A stretch of DNA of 64,000 nt from Octopus vulgaris (taxonomy: Eukaryota), in contig OX597822.1 of the NCBI GenBank assembly GCA_951406725.2, forward strand, positions 56,792,001-56,856,000. Direction: 5' to 3'. The notes beneath the pieces were generated by a model. That model was not told the DNA's origin. It did not search any database and saw only the letters and a program-made list of their open reading frames with translations. The position numbers were made by a program, and so were the translations under genes. Shown here piece after piece: positions 1 through 12,351 of the stretch. How positions within the stretch are numbered: the stretch's first letter is position 1; each line of letters begins with the position of its first letter.

Positions 1-142
1 ATGTCCCTGTAAATTTTGGTGTCAATCGGACGGGATGTAGTGGCCTTGAAAGCGATCCAAGCGGTAAAAACGCATTTCAGTTTTATATATAGAGATATAT
101 AGGTGAGAAAGTTGGTGTGTGAAAGCACGTGGTTGGATATAT

Positions 143-352
143 AGAAAATAGAAAAGTGTGAAAAAACTACAGAAGACTTGTTTTATAAGGTTAAAGAAAA
201 TATTTAAGTCGTTATGTTAGAAGAATGTTATAATTTTTTTCATACAGTAACATAGTTTTTGGAGGAAAAATTTTATAACATTCTTCTAACTAAATATATT
301 CTTTAACCTTATAAAACAAGCCTTCTGTAGTTTTTCACTATTTTCTATTTTC
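143..352. repeat. AT-rich foldback (about 90-100 bp imperfect inverted arms) next to (TC)n(TA)n
   Basis: gaaaatagaaaagtg...actacagaagacttgttttataaggttaaagaaaatattta is mirrored by taaatatattctttaaccttataaaacaagccttctgtagt...cactattttctattttc. Confidence 0.75.
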
Positions 353-355
353 TCA

Positions 356-411
<56 letters not shown>

Positions 412-413
<2 letters not shown>

Positions 414-472
414 TCTTTTACTCTTTTACTTGTTTCAGTCATTTGACTGCGGCCATGCTGGAGCACCGCCTT
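412..472 (-). mobile_element. Isolated 3' tail of SINE family A
   Basis: ctcttttacttgtttcagtcatttgactgcggccatgctggagcaccgcc matches the tails at about 30010 and 45850. Confidence 0.8.
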
Positions 473-926
473 TATATACACACATACACACACGCACACA
501 CACACACGCACCTCCCACACACACACACAAAGTGCATACTATTTCAGGAGAGGAAGTTCTAATTAACCCGGATTTTTGTAATACTAGTATATCATTCCTA
601 TCTAAATAATAAGCTGATCTTCCAATATTTTTATTTCAGACTAAAGTAGAACACTTTGGAGGAGTTCTATGGAACGTTCATGAAATGACTGGAGCTCTAC
701 AACAAATGAAGTCAGAGGATATTAATCTAAAGTAGTTTAGAGTTTTGCACGTCTTTCAAATTAATAAATGCCCTACCAGAAAAGTCTATATATAGTGCAA
801 AAACTGTCTGATATAGAACTCAATACGTTGGACAAAGAAGATGTGTTTATAATATCAAAGGTTGACTGTCAACATTTGGTATAGTAAATATACATGAATG
901 CATATAGCAATTGCAGCGAAAAAGTT

Positions 927-973
927 GATAACGACTTCGAAGTTTCGCCGCCCGTTGGCTTCGACAAGCTATC
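927..973 (-). ncRNA. Degenerate type I hammerhead ribozyme motif
   Basis: Minus strand: gatagc-TTGTCGA-a-gcc(aacgggc)ggc-GAAA-cttcgaagt-C-gttatc. 6-bp helix I, palindromic helix III, GUC site; core deviates from CUGANGA at positions 3 and 6. Confidence 0.5.
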
Positions 974-1109
974 AGATTCCTCAACTGCCAAACTTCGAAG
1001 TCACTGTCAAAACTTTCCTTCTAGTATACATGTGTATATCTGCATATAGTATATATATGAAGAAAAAATTACGTATATTAACCCATTGACATTAATTCTG
1101 CCTCTATTA

Positions 1110-2330
1110 ATCAGGACATGATTGTCAATATAAATTTTAGTTCAAATAATAATAAATCAAAAAATGTATTTTTACAGCGTAAGGGAGTCAACCGTTCTCT
1201 ATTTTCCTTTATATGTAATAAACATAAGCCTAGAACTTGAATCCATTTGAAAAGCAGATCAAATCCGACCTCCCTTATCAGTTTCGTGAAGCTATAGAAA
1301 AGAATTTTCCCAAAACCTCCAGATACCATTCTATTATCAATTCACACAGAATTAGGATAGCTTTTTCAAACACCAAAAACCTTTCACAAATCATTTCTTC
1401 ACATAACCTTAAGTTATTAAGTACAAATCCACTTAATGAAAATAATAACAGTGATATTATTAACGCTAACCATTCTTTGAACAATAATAACAATATTAAT
1501 ATTTCTGATATAAATTCGAATCGAATTCGTTTCCTTAGCAGTAATTCTAAGACTAGAAACTCTGTTTATCAATGTAAAATTACTTCCGGTTCTGATGTGT
1601 TTTCTTATATAGGTAGCTCTTCATCTCAGCTGTCGAAAAGAATATCTAACTATTATTCAGCATTGATACATATCAATAAACGCAACAATACTGAGCTTAG
1701 TAAATTAATTTGGTCTCTAAAGAAACATAATAATCAATATGTTTTGGAATGGAAAATTCTATCTAGATCCTTCCCATATGACACACGTAAATCTTTTTGT
1801 TCGCTCAGTAACGAAGAGCTACTTCTCATCCTTCTCACGAAGAATACTCTTGTAAACATTGGCATTGACAACACCTTACCTTTAGTAACTATATGTAATT
1901 TCTACCAGTCTATAAAATTCAACCTTCAACCTTACATTTCATTTCCTCGCTTTTAAACTATATTCCCATTCATGTATTAACTTCTTTCTAAAAAGTAACT
2001 GGCTAGTGTTCTCCTTACATCGTATAATTACGTACGCAGTAATCATAATCAGTTAAAATGGTTTATTTGTTCCTCTGAAGAGATGATTGCATTGTTTTAC
2101 ATCATTTTTGTTCCCTCAGGAATAATCTCAATGCCTTTTTCGAAACATATGTTGGAAGTATAAATGATTTGATTAACGCCTGCGTTTGATTCCATTTCTT
2201 AATTTATCCATGATATACAAAAATATTTCCCTTCACCCTGGAATTTCTACCTCTGTAAGTGGGTTGTGATATATTTGGCACTTATGTGAATTTTGCTACC
2301 CTGGTAGCTATTTATTTATTTTTCCTTTAT
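1110..2330 (+). mobile_element. Penelope-like retroelement 3' part: GIY-YIG endonuclease region (ORF 1237-1956) plus 3' pLTR with hammerhead
   Basis: ORF has VYQCKI...SYIGSSS...KRISN...TELSKLIWSLK...EWKIL...CSLSNEE, typical of a PLE GIY-YIG C-terminus; ends in a TA run. Confidence 0.8.
2070..2158 (+). ncRNA. Type I hammerhead motif with long helix II loop (family shared with 38984-39071 and 12093-12114)
   Basis: ttcct-CTGAAGA-gatg...tttc-GAAA-catatgt-T-ggaag, about 120 nt after the GIY-YIG stop; the homologous copy at 38984 restores GAAG/CTTC helix II and a GUC site. Confidence 0.6.
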
Positions 2331-2524
2331 ATATATGTTCAATTTACAAGGAAAGATCCAAACAAACAGTTACAAGGTAGACAAATGTCACATAAGCGCC
2401 TAAGGAATTGGTAATCATACTTGCATGGGAGTTAATTCCGAGGAGAAGTGAGATGTGTATTGGAGATCATAAGAATAGTGGAAAATGGAGACAAACCATC
2501 AAGATGTTATTTAAACCATTTATA

Positions 2525-2609
2525 TCAGTATATCATGTTTTGATAGATGCATTAAAAATACCTGAGAGGAAGAATAGAATGGAAAAATACATACATCTCA
2601 TCAGGGAGG
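2525..2609 (-). ncRNA. Degenerate hammerhead motif in pLTR
   Basis: CTGATGA-gatgtatgtatt...aatgcatctatc-AAAA-catgat; G12 is replaced by A. Confidence 0.4.
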
Positions 2610-3488
2610 ATATACAGAACAATGTTCAGCAATAAGTCCGTTTTACAGATGTAAGAAACTACAATATATTATATATATATGGAAAACAAAAGTGGGTAGG
2701 GGACGCAAGTAACTTTAAAATACCGTTAAGAAATTTGACGTCATAGGACGAGACAAGAAGAGAAAGAAGAAAGAAAGAGAAATAAAGGAGTAATGGAAGG
2801 TATAAACAAATAGGAAATTAATGAGAGATAGAAAAGATGAAGGAAAAATATGAAGTATGTGATGAAAGAATAAAGTTTAAGTTGCAGATATTATTAGGTA
2901 ATTTGAAAGAGTGTTTTTCCCAATGTAAACATCTGTAAACACGTTCTTTATAGGTGTTGACCGGTGTGTGATTGGAAAAGAGGATAAATAGTTGTTCATC
3001 CGAACAAAGAGAGGAGAAAGATTTCCTTTTATCATAGGGAAACGATCTTGAGAAAATTTTCCTATATAAAGAAAATTGTTTATTACAGTCTTTGAGATGC
3101 CAAATTAGTTTAAATTAGTTTATTACGTTGATGAATATATTTAAATGTAGAAAGTTCGTTGGCAAGTCGTTTTTTTTTTCAATTCTGTGGATGAAATGCC
3201 AATATAAAAATATTCTGCTCCTGCAGAAATTTTACAGTAATAAATTACGTTTTTAATTCTGCAGTTTCCGTTGAGAACGTAAGTTTTATTCAGACCACAA
3301 TTACAAGGAATATTACTATTAATACTTATATTTAAAGCGAAATTATCATTATTATTATTATTGTGTTGTTATTACAGTTTATATGCGAAACCCTTTTACC
3401 TTTAAGAATATAGTTGTTATGAAAGGATATAATATGTAGGAGGTTATTGTTGTGAGAGAAACCAATACCGATATGATGTGCATTTATA

Positions 3489-3575
3489 TCATCTCTGATG
3501 AGATTGATGCATTTTCCACATTATTCTTCCCCTCGGATTTATTTTAATGCATCTATCAAAACATTTGTTGTTGAT
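3489..3575 (+). ncRNA. Degenerate hammerhead motif in inverted pLTR
   Basis: CTGATGA(3495-3501)-gattgatgcatt...aatgcatctatc-AAAA-catttgt; 11 of 12 helix II positions pair; G12 is replaced by A. Confidence 0.5.
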
Positions 3576-3630
3576 ATGATATAAATGATGTAAATAGCAT
3601 CTTGAGCATTTTTCTCCATTTTCCATTATT

Positions 3631-3696
<66 letters not shown>

Positions 3697-3759
3697 TTTA
3701 TATATATATATGTATACACACACACATAGGCACACTCATATGAACAAAATACCTAGTTC

Positions 3760-4088
3760 TAAAATCTCTAGACGAGATATAAGTAATAACAATACTAGAC
3801 GGTAACTTTTTTTGCCACTATAACATGGCTATTCTATAAACAACTATGTTACTACATTTTCAGACCAGGAAAACGTATTTTCCAGCTGGTTAATGACACA
3901 CACGCTATGTCCGATATGTTGGTCAACTGGTCTTCCCAAGCTGGAGGGGTATGTTTGGCTCCCTTAATTACAGTATATCGGACACAGGTTGTGTGTTGTT
4001 AACCAGCGGGAAAAGATGTTTTCTAGGGCTAAAATGTTGTAACATAGTTCTTTATAGAATTGCCATGTTATAGTGGAAAAAAACTTTA
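3760..4088. mobile_element. Foldback element (arms about 3804-3918 and 3974-4087), diverged relative of 46116-46398
   Basis: Inverted arms are visible; shares aaatctc.aga...cggtaac and tccagctgg.ta...acacac...tgtcc with the 46 kb element. Confidence 0.65.
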
Positions 4089-5000
4089 TATACATATGCG
4101 TATATATATACACACAGACACAAACATAGAGACAGACAAACAGGTAGACAGACAGACCGGTAGACAGAGTAATGTAAATAGATATGCATGTGTATACAGT
4201 TATCTAGCTATCCCTCTGTGAGACGTGTGGAATAATTGAGCTGGGAACAACCCAAAGATTGAAGAATGGGCAGGAAATGAAGTTAATGCAAACATGAAAT
4301 GAGAATGAAGAAAAATCTCATCTACTGCATCACATGCCTACAATGCAATGAAAGTTACACCGACCGAGCTGAATCAAAAACAGTTTGCCGTGTAAGAGTT
4401 CGTAAACAACAACTTAAGAATTAACCTCTTAGAAATGTACCAGGTAGTAAATATCTAGATATTTGTGTTAATGGAAACTCCAAAATATTTCCTTTTTCAA
4501 AATAAAGGAAGAAAATAATCGACTACGAAAATTAATGGAGTATTTTACAAAATTTCTAAATCCGAAACTAAAGCGGAAATAATCAGCATCACAACTAAGA
4601 CCAACTTACTCTAAACAGATTAATAGCAAAAGCGCTTACACACTCGATACAAAAACTTCATAGCAAAAGGCTTGTATCATACATTTATTCTTATATATAT
4701 ACTACCAAGCCTAATTCAGATGCATATATGCCATAAGGAGATCGTGCTTATAGTGCATAAATCGCTGCATGTAAATAGGCAGCAACATGTAGTTAGTACG
4801 ATTGAAACACGTGTCGGACAATTATTATGAATAAACTAACTGGAAATAAACATAAAGTTTGAATGTTCAAGGAATAAACTGTAACAACGGATGGCAACTA
4901 AAAGAAATTTACTCAAAGCCAACACATCACAAGGAACAAGCTTTGGCATATTACTCAGGAAAATTCGGTATCTGCCTGGATATTATATCTCTCCTCTTAC

Positions 5001-5059
<59 letters not shown>

Positions 5060-5102
5060 GCATGTATGTATGTATGCATGTATATATTTATCTAAGTGTA
5101 TG

Positions 5103-5150
<48 letters not shown>

Positions 5151-5316
5151 CATGTTTATGTATTTGTATTGCAAAATTCCTGATGTGAAACAGTGTAATG
5201 AAACAGATATTGTTATATTTCGGAATGTCATTTTTTTTACCAAATAAACACATGCACTATATATTCGTTTTTCCATTTATTGTTGTATTTATTTTAACAT
5301 ATCCAATTTACATTTT

Positions 5317-5484
5317 CTGGAAATCTTTCGCTACACATCTGCGACCTCTTCAGCAACCCTTTTGATCCACGAGTATCCTACTGCTCCGCCTAGTCCATTC
5401 TCTGGGCTAGGCGGTGCAGGAGGATACACGCAGATAGAAAGGGTCGCTGAAGAGATCCCATACGTGTAGTAAAAGATTTTCAGA
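5317..5484. repeat. About 165-nt GC-richer imperfect hairpin
   Basis: tctggaaatctttcgctacacatctgcgacctcttcagcaaccctt pairs with aagggtcgctgaagagatcccatacgtgtagtaaaagattttcaga; inner stem ccgcctagtcc/gggctaggcgg. Confidence 0.75.
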
Positions 5485-5656
5485 CAATGGATATAAGATA
5501 AAATAAGAACAATAACAAATGAGCGAAGAATGATATATAGCAAGTATTTATTTGACCCCCCTCCCACCAAAGAAACAATGACTATCCCGAAATATAACAA
5601 TATATAACGCTGGTGCCTCAGCATGACCACAGCTTTGAAGCTGAAGCTGTTTAAAC

Positions 5657-5701
<45 letters not shown>

Positions 5702-5804
5702 ATGGTTGTATACTGTCACGTTCTTGTTAGATTGACAGTATACAACCATTATATCGCTCCACCACCGTACACCTCTCTACGAGAGATTTAGAAACTCAAT
5801 ATTT

Positions 5805-5848
<44 letters not shown>

Positions 5849-5868
5849 TATATAAAGATATATATATA

Positions 5869-7718
5869 CAGTTGCGGCCAAAATATTCAGAAAGGCATTG
5901 TTTTCGTCAGAAAAGTAAGTATAAGTTTTTATCATAGTAGTTTTATATTCTATAATTTTCAAAGACAATAAATACAATATTAATTGTTATTGTCTGAGAT
6001 TTTGGTGTAATTTGAGAGGATAATACAAACGTTATGGATGATTTAGTGATTTACTGCAAAACCAATGGCGGCCAAAATGATCAGAACGGTTGAAAAAATA
6101 ACAAAATAATCAAAAATGACAGAGAATACTGGAATTATTTAATATTTAGTGTGAAGCCCTTTAGCTTCAATCACACTCTGACATCTTTGACTGCATGAGG
6201 AAATTAAATTTTCAATTTCTTCCTGTGTGATCTTATTCCATTCTTCCTGAAGGGCATTCCATAATTGCTCAGTTGCTTTAGGATTTCTGGCTTTCGAACG
6301 TTCTCCTAGAATATTCCATAGATTTTCAATAGGATTGAGATCTGGGCTTTGAGCAGGCCAAACCATAACAATAACCTTTTCAGCCTTAAGGAAGTTCATG
6401 ACCACCTTAGCCTTGTGACATGGGGTATTGTCCTGCATGAATATGGGTGGTCGCTTAGTTGAATTTCTCAGCACAGGCAAGACATGATCTTTTACAAGTT
6501 GTTTATAAACTCATGCATTTACCTTTCCATGTAATCGCACCAAAGGGCCCACATCATCTCCAGATATCATCCCCCAAACCATGACACTTCCTCCATCCAA
6601 TTTAACACTAGTCTTAAGGCATTTAGGCGACAATTTTTCACCTACTTTTCTACGAACGTACCTTTTCTCATCTGAGCCAAATTACATAAACTTAGATTCA
6701 TCACTGAAATGCACCGTTTGCCATTTTTCTTGAGACCACAACACATGTTTGGTTGCAAAGGTATTCTGGCATGTCATGATGTTTTTAGTATCAAGATGAA
6801 ATTCGTCTTGTGATTTGATGTTTAGAAAAGGTTTTGGGTATATATATATAACATATTGTCAGTATATCTCAACATCACAGTGGTTCTTTTTAGAACACTA
6901 CTACAAATAAATCCTCAGAGATGTTATCATATCTGTGGCCTCCATGACATATTTATTGATGAATTTCTGCTTCCCATCTTTTATTGTATAATAAATATTA
7001 TTCTATGACAAATGATGTAAGTAGTCTGCCTTTAGACATTTTTTCTTTCTACTTGTCAAGAAATGCACAAACTTTTGTTGACAGCATAACAAGGCCAGAT
7101 GTTTCTTTCCTAATCAAACTGAAGAGCTTTTACATAGTCGCTTTATATGTCATAAATAGCAAACAATTAGGTCGCGGATTTTAGCGACGAAAATATTTTG
7201 ACAAATTAAACTCAAATGTTGGAGTGAATCGAATGGCTTTTGTGTGTTTCTTAAATGGCTTATAAACACCTTCCACGCTGCAATTTTTGACTTGTTAACA
7301 ATCTTTGCAATAGATCCAATACTTAAATTATCCTTCCTTCGAAGATTAATAATCTGCTGACGAATTGGTAACGGAGTAAGTGGCATTATATTAACAAAGT
7401 ACATTGTAAATATTCTCACTAATGTTTAGTAAACGAACCGTCACGTAAAGAAATTCAAAACATTAGAGTTCGTCGGTTAAACACGGAGTAAAAGCAACCG
7501 TTCTGATCATTTTGGCCGCCATGGGTTTTGCAGTAAATCACTAAATCATCCATAACCTTTGTATTATCCTCTCAAATTACACCAACATCTCAGGCAATAA
7601 CAGATAATATCGTATTTATTGTCTGTGAAAATTATAGAATATAAAACAACTTTGATAAAAAATTATATCTACTTTTCTGACGAAAACAATGCCATTCTGA
7701 ACATTTTGGCCGCAACTG
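5869..7718 (-). mobile_element. Tc1-family DNA transposon with about 220-bp IR/DR-type TIRs; disrupted DD34E transposase
   Basis: TA|cagttgcggccaaaat...attttggccgcaactg|TA; inner repeat gcggccaaaatgatcagaa; ORF 6139-6480 FMQDNTPCH...WPAQSPDLNPIENLW; N-terminus MPLTPLPIRQQII at about 7386. Confidence 0.95.
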
Positions 7719-7744
7719 TATATATATATATATATAAATATACA

Positions 7745-8535
7745 TAATAGAAATATTAAAATTACTAAGTCTCTATAAAAGAGATTACGGCAGCGTTTAC
7801 TGGAAATTAATTGTTATCGCCATATTAATATGGCATTCTTATAGATATAAGAATAATCGTTTCGGGGTATTGCCCCTTGTCAATGTAGCGCAGTCAGACC
7901 CCGCAGGTGTCGCCACTGACGTCTCTGTTCGAAGGTTTCTATTTACCTAGTTTCAGTGGAATACATCCACTTGTTTTCAATAATAGAAATATTAAAATTA
8001 CTAAGTCTCTATTAAAGAGATTACGGCAGCGTTTACTGAAAATTAATTGTTATCGCCATATTAATATAGCATTCTTATAGATATAAGAATAATCGCTGCC
8101 GCTGATCAGCTCCATGAGGCCACCGCCTTAAGATAGCTATTGATACACGATCTGCATCCATTATAACCTTCGAACAAGGGAGGTCAGCCGCTTCACACTG
8201 CCAGTCCGACTTAGTAATTTTAATATTTCTATTATTGAAAACAAGTGGATGTATTCCACTGAAACTAGGTAAATAGAAACCTTCGAACAGAGACGTCAGT
8301 GGCGACACCTGCGGGGTCTGACTGCGCTACATTGACAAGGGGCAATACCCCGAAACGCGTCTGTAGCTGTCGGACTGGCAGTGTGAAGCGGCTGACCTCC
8401 CTTGTTCGAAGGTTATAATGGATACACATCGTGTATCAATAGCTATCTTAAGGCGGTGGCCTCATGGAGCTGACCAGCGGCAGCGATTATTCTTATATCT
8501 ATAAGAATGCCATATTAATATGGCGATAACAATAA
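7745..8535. mobile_element. Non-coding hammerhead-containing repeat cluster (about 364-nt permuted monomer; minus copies 7745-7859 and 7858-8210, plus copy 8208-8533); retrozyme-like
   Basis: Near-identical blocks in both orientations; in the minus copy the sequence 3' of the ribozyme runs on into the sequence 5' of it; flanked by TA-rich repeats. Confidence 0.8.
8326..8367 (+). ncRNA. Minimal type I hammerhead ribozyme with U3-A8 core
   Basis: gctaca-TTGACAA-gggg(caata)cccc-GAAA-cgcgt-C-tgtagc: perfect 6-bp helix I, 4-bp helix II, palindromic ACGCGT helix III, GUC site; truncated minus copy at 7858-7889. Confidence 0.88.
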
Positions 8536-8568
8536 ATATACATATATATACAGATATATGTATGTATG

Positions 8569-8614
<46 letters not shown>

Positions 8615-9289
8615 TATATATGTGTATATTTATAAGCATATATATGTATATATATATATATAAATATATATGCATGTATTAATGTAAATATATAAATATA
8701 TACACACATATATGTACATGTATATAAAATCTGTTGCGTTATCCTAGACTTTTGCGGAGTACAAATTTATTTTCTTAATCAAAAATATTAGTGACAGTGA
8801 TATCGAAGCATCGGCCAGCTAAACCATCGTCAGATTGCGATTCATCGAATTTAATCTTGGCTTTGTCTTTGTCGAATTGAAGTCTCACTTGGGTTTGAGT
8901 GGAGTGGTAATTGGTTTTTTTTAGCCAGGTGTTATGGAGAGGTGTTTTGGAGAAATTTTTATTGATTGAATTTAGATTACGTTACTGTATAGAATTTATT
9001 CATGTTAGCAAGTGTGCATGTTCAGGTGAGATCATTGTGTTAGGCAGGCACAGGTTGCGAAACTAGTTTTTGGATTTAACCCTTTGCTTTAACAATGTAA
9101 TGGTCAAAGTTACAAAGTCCAATATTTAAAATCTTAGTAATTGGGTGTGTCAACTTTTTGTGATGGAACATATTTTAGACGTTCACATAAGTATGTGAAT
9201 AGGTAATATATTTTACCTGGTCAATTTCTTTTCTCGTTGATATTGCTATTTAGAGTATTTGCCGTTTTTATCTAGAAGGTAGGGTTTGT

Positions 9290-9692
9290 TATTCTGGCAT
9301 GTCATGATGTTTTTAGTATCAAGATGAAATTCGTCTTGTGATTTGATGTTTAGAAAAGGTTTTGGGTATATATATAACATATTGTCAGTATATCTCAACA
9401 TCACAGTGGTTCTTTTTAGAACACTACTACAAATAAATCCTCAGAGATGTTATCATATCTGTGGCCTCCATGACATATTTATTGATGAATTTCTGTTTCC
9501 CATCTTTTATTGTATAATAAATATTATTTTATGACAAATGACGTAAGTAGTCTGCCTTTAGACATTTTTTCTTTCTACTTGTCAAGAAATGCACAAACTT
9601 TTGTTGACAGCATAACAAGGCCAGATGTTTCTTTCCTAATCAAACTGAAGAGCTTTTACATAGTCGCTTTATATGTCATAAATAGCAAACAA
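9290..9692 (+). repeat. About 400-bp segment duplicated inside the Tc1 element at 6762-7166
   Basis: Near-identical tattctggcatgtcatgatg...aatagcaaacaa at both positions. Confidence 0.9.
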
Positions 9693-11084
9693 ATTTTTAT
9701 TTTAAATAACACCCGAACCTTTAAAATCAAGCAACACAGTGCATAATGTAGTTTTAGATATACAGTTTTTGAAAAGCCAATGCAAAAGATTATTCATTTA
9801 TTGTTGGTCATTTTGGAATATGGTATACATCTATTTTTTGATAATGCAAGCGTGTATTTCATCATAGAACTGAAAATGAAGTTTGAAATTAAAATGAATT
9901 CTAATATTTCTTAATTAGATAAGATAATTGTTACATCCTTTTCCATTTTCAAGTCATTTAATATAAATGTTATTAAACTTCATCACTCACATTTTTGCTC
10001 ATATCGGCAGTGACATTAATTTATATAACAACTTTCTGAAGAAATGACAGTCGATATGCTGACTTGTTAGAGCATCTTTACGTTTTAATTTTTGAGTTTA
10101 AATTCCGCCGAAGTTAACTTTGCCTTTCATCTACTTACAAACTAGTGATGACAGTATTTACTATATCCTTCTTCTAAATCCGAGGTCATATTCTTACGTT
10201 AGATATCCACATCTTGATCTGACGTGGAGGAAGTTCTATGTTCAAATCTCTTTCTAGGACATCCGACACCGGCGTGAGAAAGAGAAGCTATTCTCAGACC
10301 GGTGACTTGGACTGTGTGCTTTCAAAAGAGTGGGTCTGTTACAGATACCAAGAGCAGCGGTAGTTCTGTAGTTGTGTTAATCAGGCGATGATTACAATCT
10401 ACCACCCACGAAGAGGAACGGACCCTGAGGTAGGCATGATGCTATTGTTTTGGTGTCACATCTTCTCTGTCCCTCTCTCTCTCTCTCCTTGTGTGTGAAC
10501 GTCAAGTTTGTATGCGCATGTAATGTTTCTTTTCTCTCTCTCATTCTATTTGTATATATATATATATATATATCTGCACGCGCGAAAGTGTGTGTGTGTG
10601 TGTGTGTATGCGCGCGTGCCTGTGTAATTATCACAAACGCCCAAAGGTATTTTAAGATGACCAAATAGGATTAGATGAAGATTTGACTTATTTTCCACAC
10701 CTAGGATGACATTATTTGCTTACATCGATGCGTATTTCAATGATAGAATACAAAACACAGGGAATCAATCATTAAGAAAATTATACCTGCTTTCATCACA
10801 TAAACCCCAGTCCAAATTTATTGAATTTTTTGTTTCACTACGTAAAACTACTTTAATATTATTCACTTTAATATATGTTTCATACTGCTAGTTTCGCTTG
10901 GTATTTTCTCCTTATTTTAGATCATATATACGTTTTTCTATGAAAAGCCTATAGCCTCTCTTATCATTCTGAGACATGACAATGTTGTTTAGGTTGTGTT
11001 TAAATAATGAAGTCTCTTATAACTCAAACATGTCCGAAGTTATGATCGACCTAGTAATGATCGAACCTCACTTAGCGCTGCATT

Positions 11085-11301
11085 TTATCTTTTATCTTTC
11101 TTTTACTTGTTGAAGTTATTAGATTGCGGCCATGCTGGGGCACCGTTTTCAAGATGTTTTAGTCGAACAGACCGATGTCAGTAGCCTTTTTTAAGTATAG
11201 TATTCTATCGGTCTCTCTTGCCGTACAAATGTTCTGCAAGGGCGTAAACAAACCAGCACTGGTTGTCAAGTAGGGAGGAGGGTACAAACGCACACACACA
11301 G

Positions 11302-11351
<50 letters not shown>

Positions 11352-11496
11352 GACGAACTTCTTTCAGTTTCCGTGTACTAAATCTACTCACAAGGCTATA
11401 GTAGAAGGCATTTGCCCAAGGTAGCACACACTGAGACTGAACCTGGAACCATGGGGTTGGGAATCAGATTTCTTACCTCCAATTCAAACCTGCGCC
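11085..11496 (-). mobile_element. tRNA-derived SINE family A, diverged full-length copy with internal (CA)n(TA)n
   Basis: Head ggcgcagg...ggttccaggttcagt, body ctttcagtttccg, tail gcggccatgctggggcaccg. Confidence 0.8.
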
Positions 11497-11521
11497 TATT
11501 TACTATATAGCCATTTAAATA

Positions 11522-11609
<88 letters not shown>

Positions 11610-12222
11610 TATAGCTATTTATATATCTGTGCGCATGTATGCTTGTGTGTGTGTGTGCATGTGTGTGTATCATTGAGCCCACATACTCAGTGTATGTGTT
11701 TTCTTTGTTCGCCGGTTCGTTGCGTTATAGCTCTTGGGAGACGACATATTGTTTTACAGGTGTTCTAAAGCCCAGTGTTATGAGGGAATATCGTTCCCAG
11801 GTGCTATACCGCAACGAACCGGATAATGTCTACGACACTAGCGCTGCTTTTTCACTTCCACTAAATATATCTATTTCCACGACTTTAACCTTTATTCCTA
11901 TTCATCAATCGCACTATATTTCTCCACTTTTAATTTTCTTTTAATTTTTTTCTTCTTCCTCCGTCTCTTTCAATAAATTGCCTTTGAAGTTATATATATT
12001 AACGATTGTTTAAAAATAACGTACCAGCGTTCCTTTCATCATATATGCAGTAATCACATTATTTTATTCTTTCTTGAATAATACCAAAGTTTCTTTCGAA
12101 GCATATGTCGGAAGTATAAAGATTTGAATAACACCTGCGTTTAAACCCATTTATATATATATATGTACCGTTGGCGATTTTTTCCCTCTGTCTTCCCTTC
12201 TCGGGATCTTTCCTTCTCCTAT

Positions 12223-12257
12223 GTTTCCGACGAAGAGCTTCGCTCGAAACGTTAAAC
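12223..12257 (+). ncRNA. Minimal hammerhead variant in a solo pLTR-like unit (about 12168-12356) between TA tracts
   Basis: gttt-CCGACGA-a-gagc(ttc)gctc-GAAA-cgt-T-aaac; downstream ttcc.gagcgt is shared with the pLTR at 15890-16000. Confidence 0.65.
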
Positions 12258-12351
12258 CCTCCTTCTTCCCTCTTTCCTGAGCGTCCAATAATGCTATATT
12301 TGTTCCACGTCCTTGCCTTGTAGTGTTTTTTTTGTGTTTTCTTGTTTGGAT

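Larger units (their letters stand above)
2480..3632 (-). mobile_element. Degenerate PLE 3' fragment (GIY-YIG remnant about 2930-3300) with 3' pLTR and inverted 5' pLTR copy
   Basis: Minus-strand translation gives FYIGISSTELKK.RLANELSTFKYIHQRN and CSDEQLFILF; 2485-2605 is an inverted homolog of 3490-3625. Confidence 0.65.

Noticed and set aside
1-95. Possible Helitron/Helentron-type terminus
   Set aside because: Cut by the window edge with no diagnostic partner end
7745-8535. CRISPR-like or tRNA interpretation of the repeats
   Set aside because: No repeat-spacer periodicity or cloverleaf; the context is eukaryotic. tRNA-like sequences elsewhere are SINE heads
8791-8836. Minus-strand CTGACGA-tggtttagctggcc-GATG-cttcgatatc
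   Set aside because: GAAA is broken and helix I is absent; too degenerate to call
12093-12150. ttcGAAGcatatgtcggaag remnant of the 2070/38984 hammerhead family
   Set aside because: Only the 3' half remains, so it is not listed as a ribozyme
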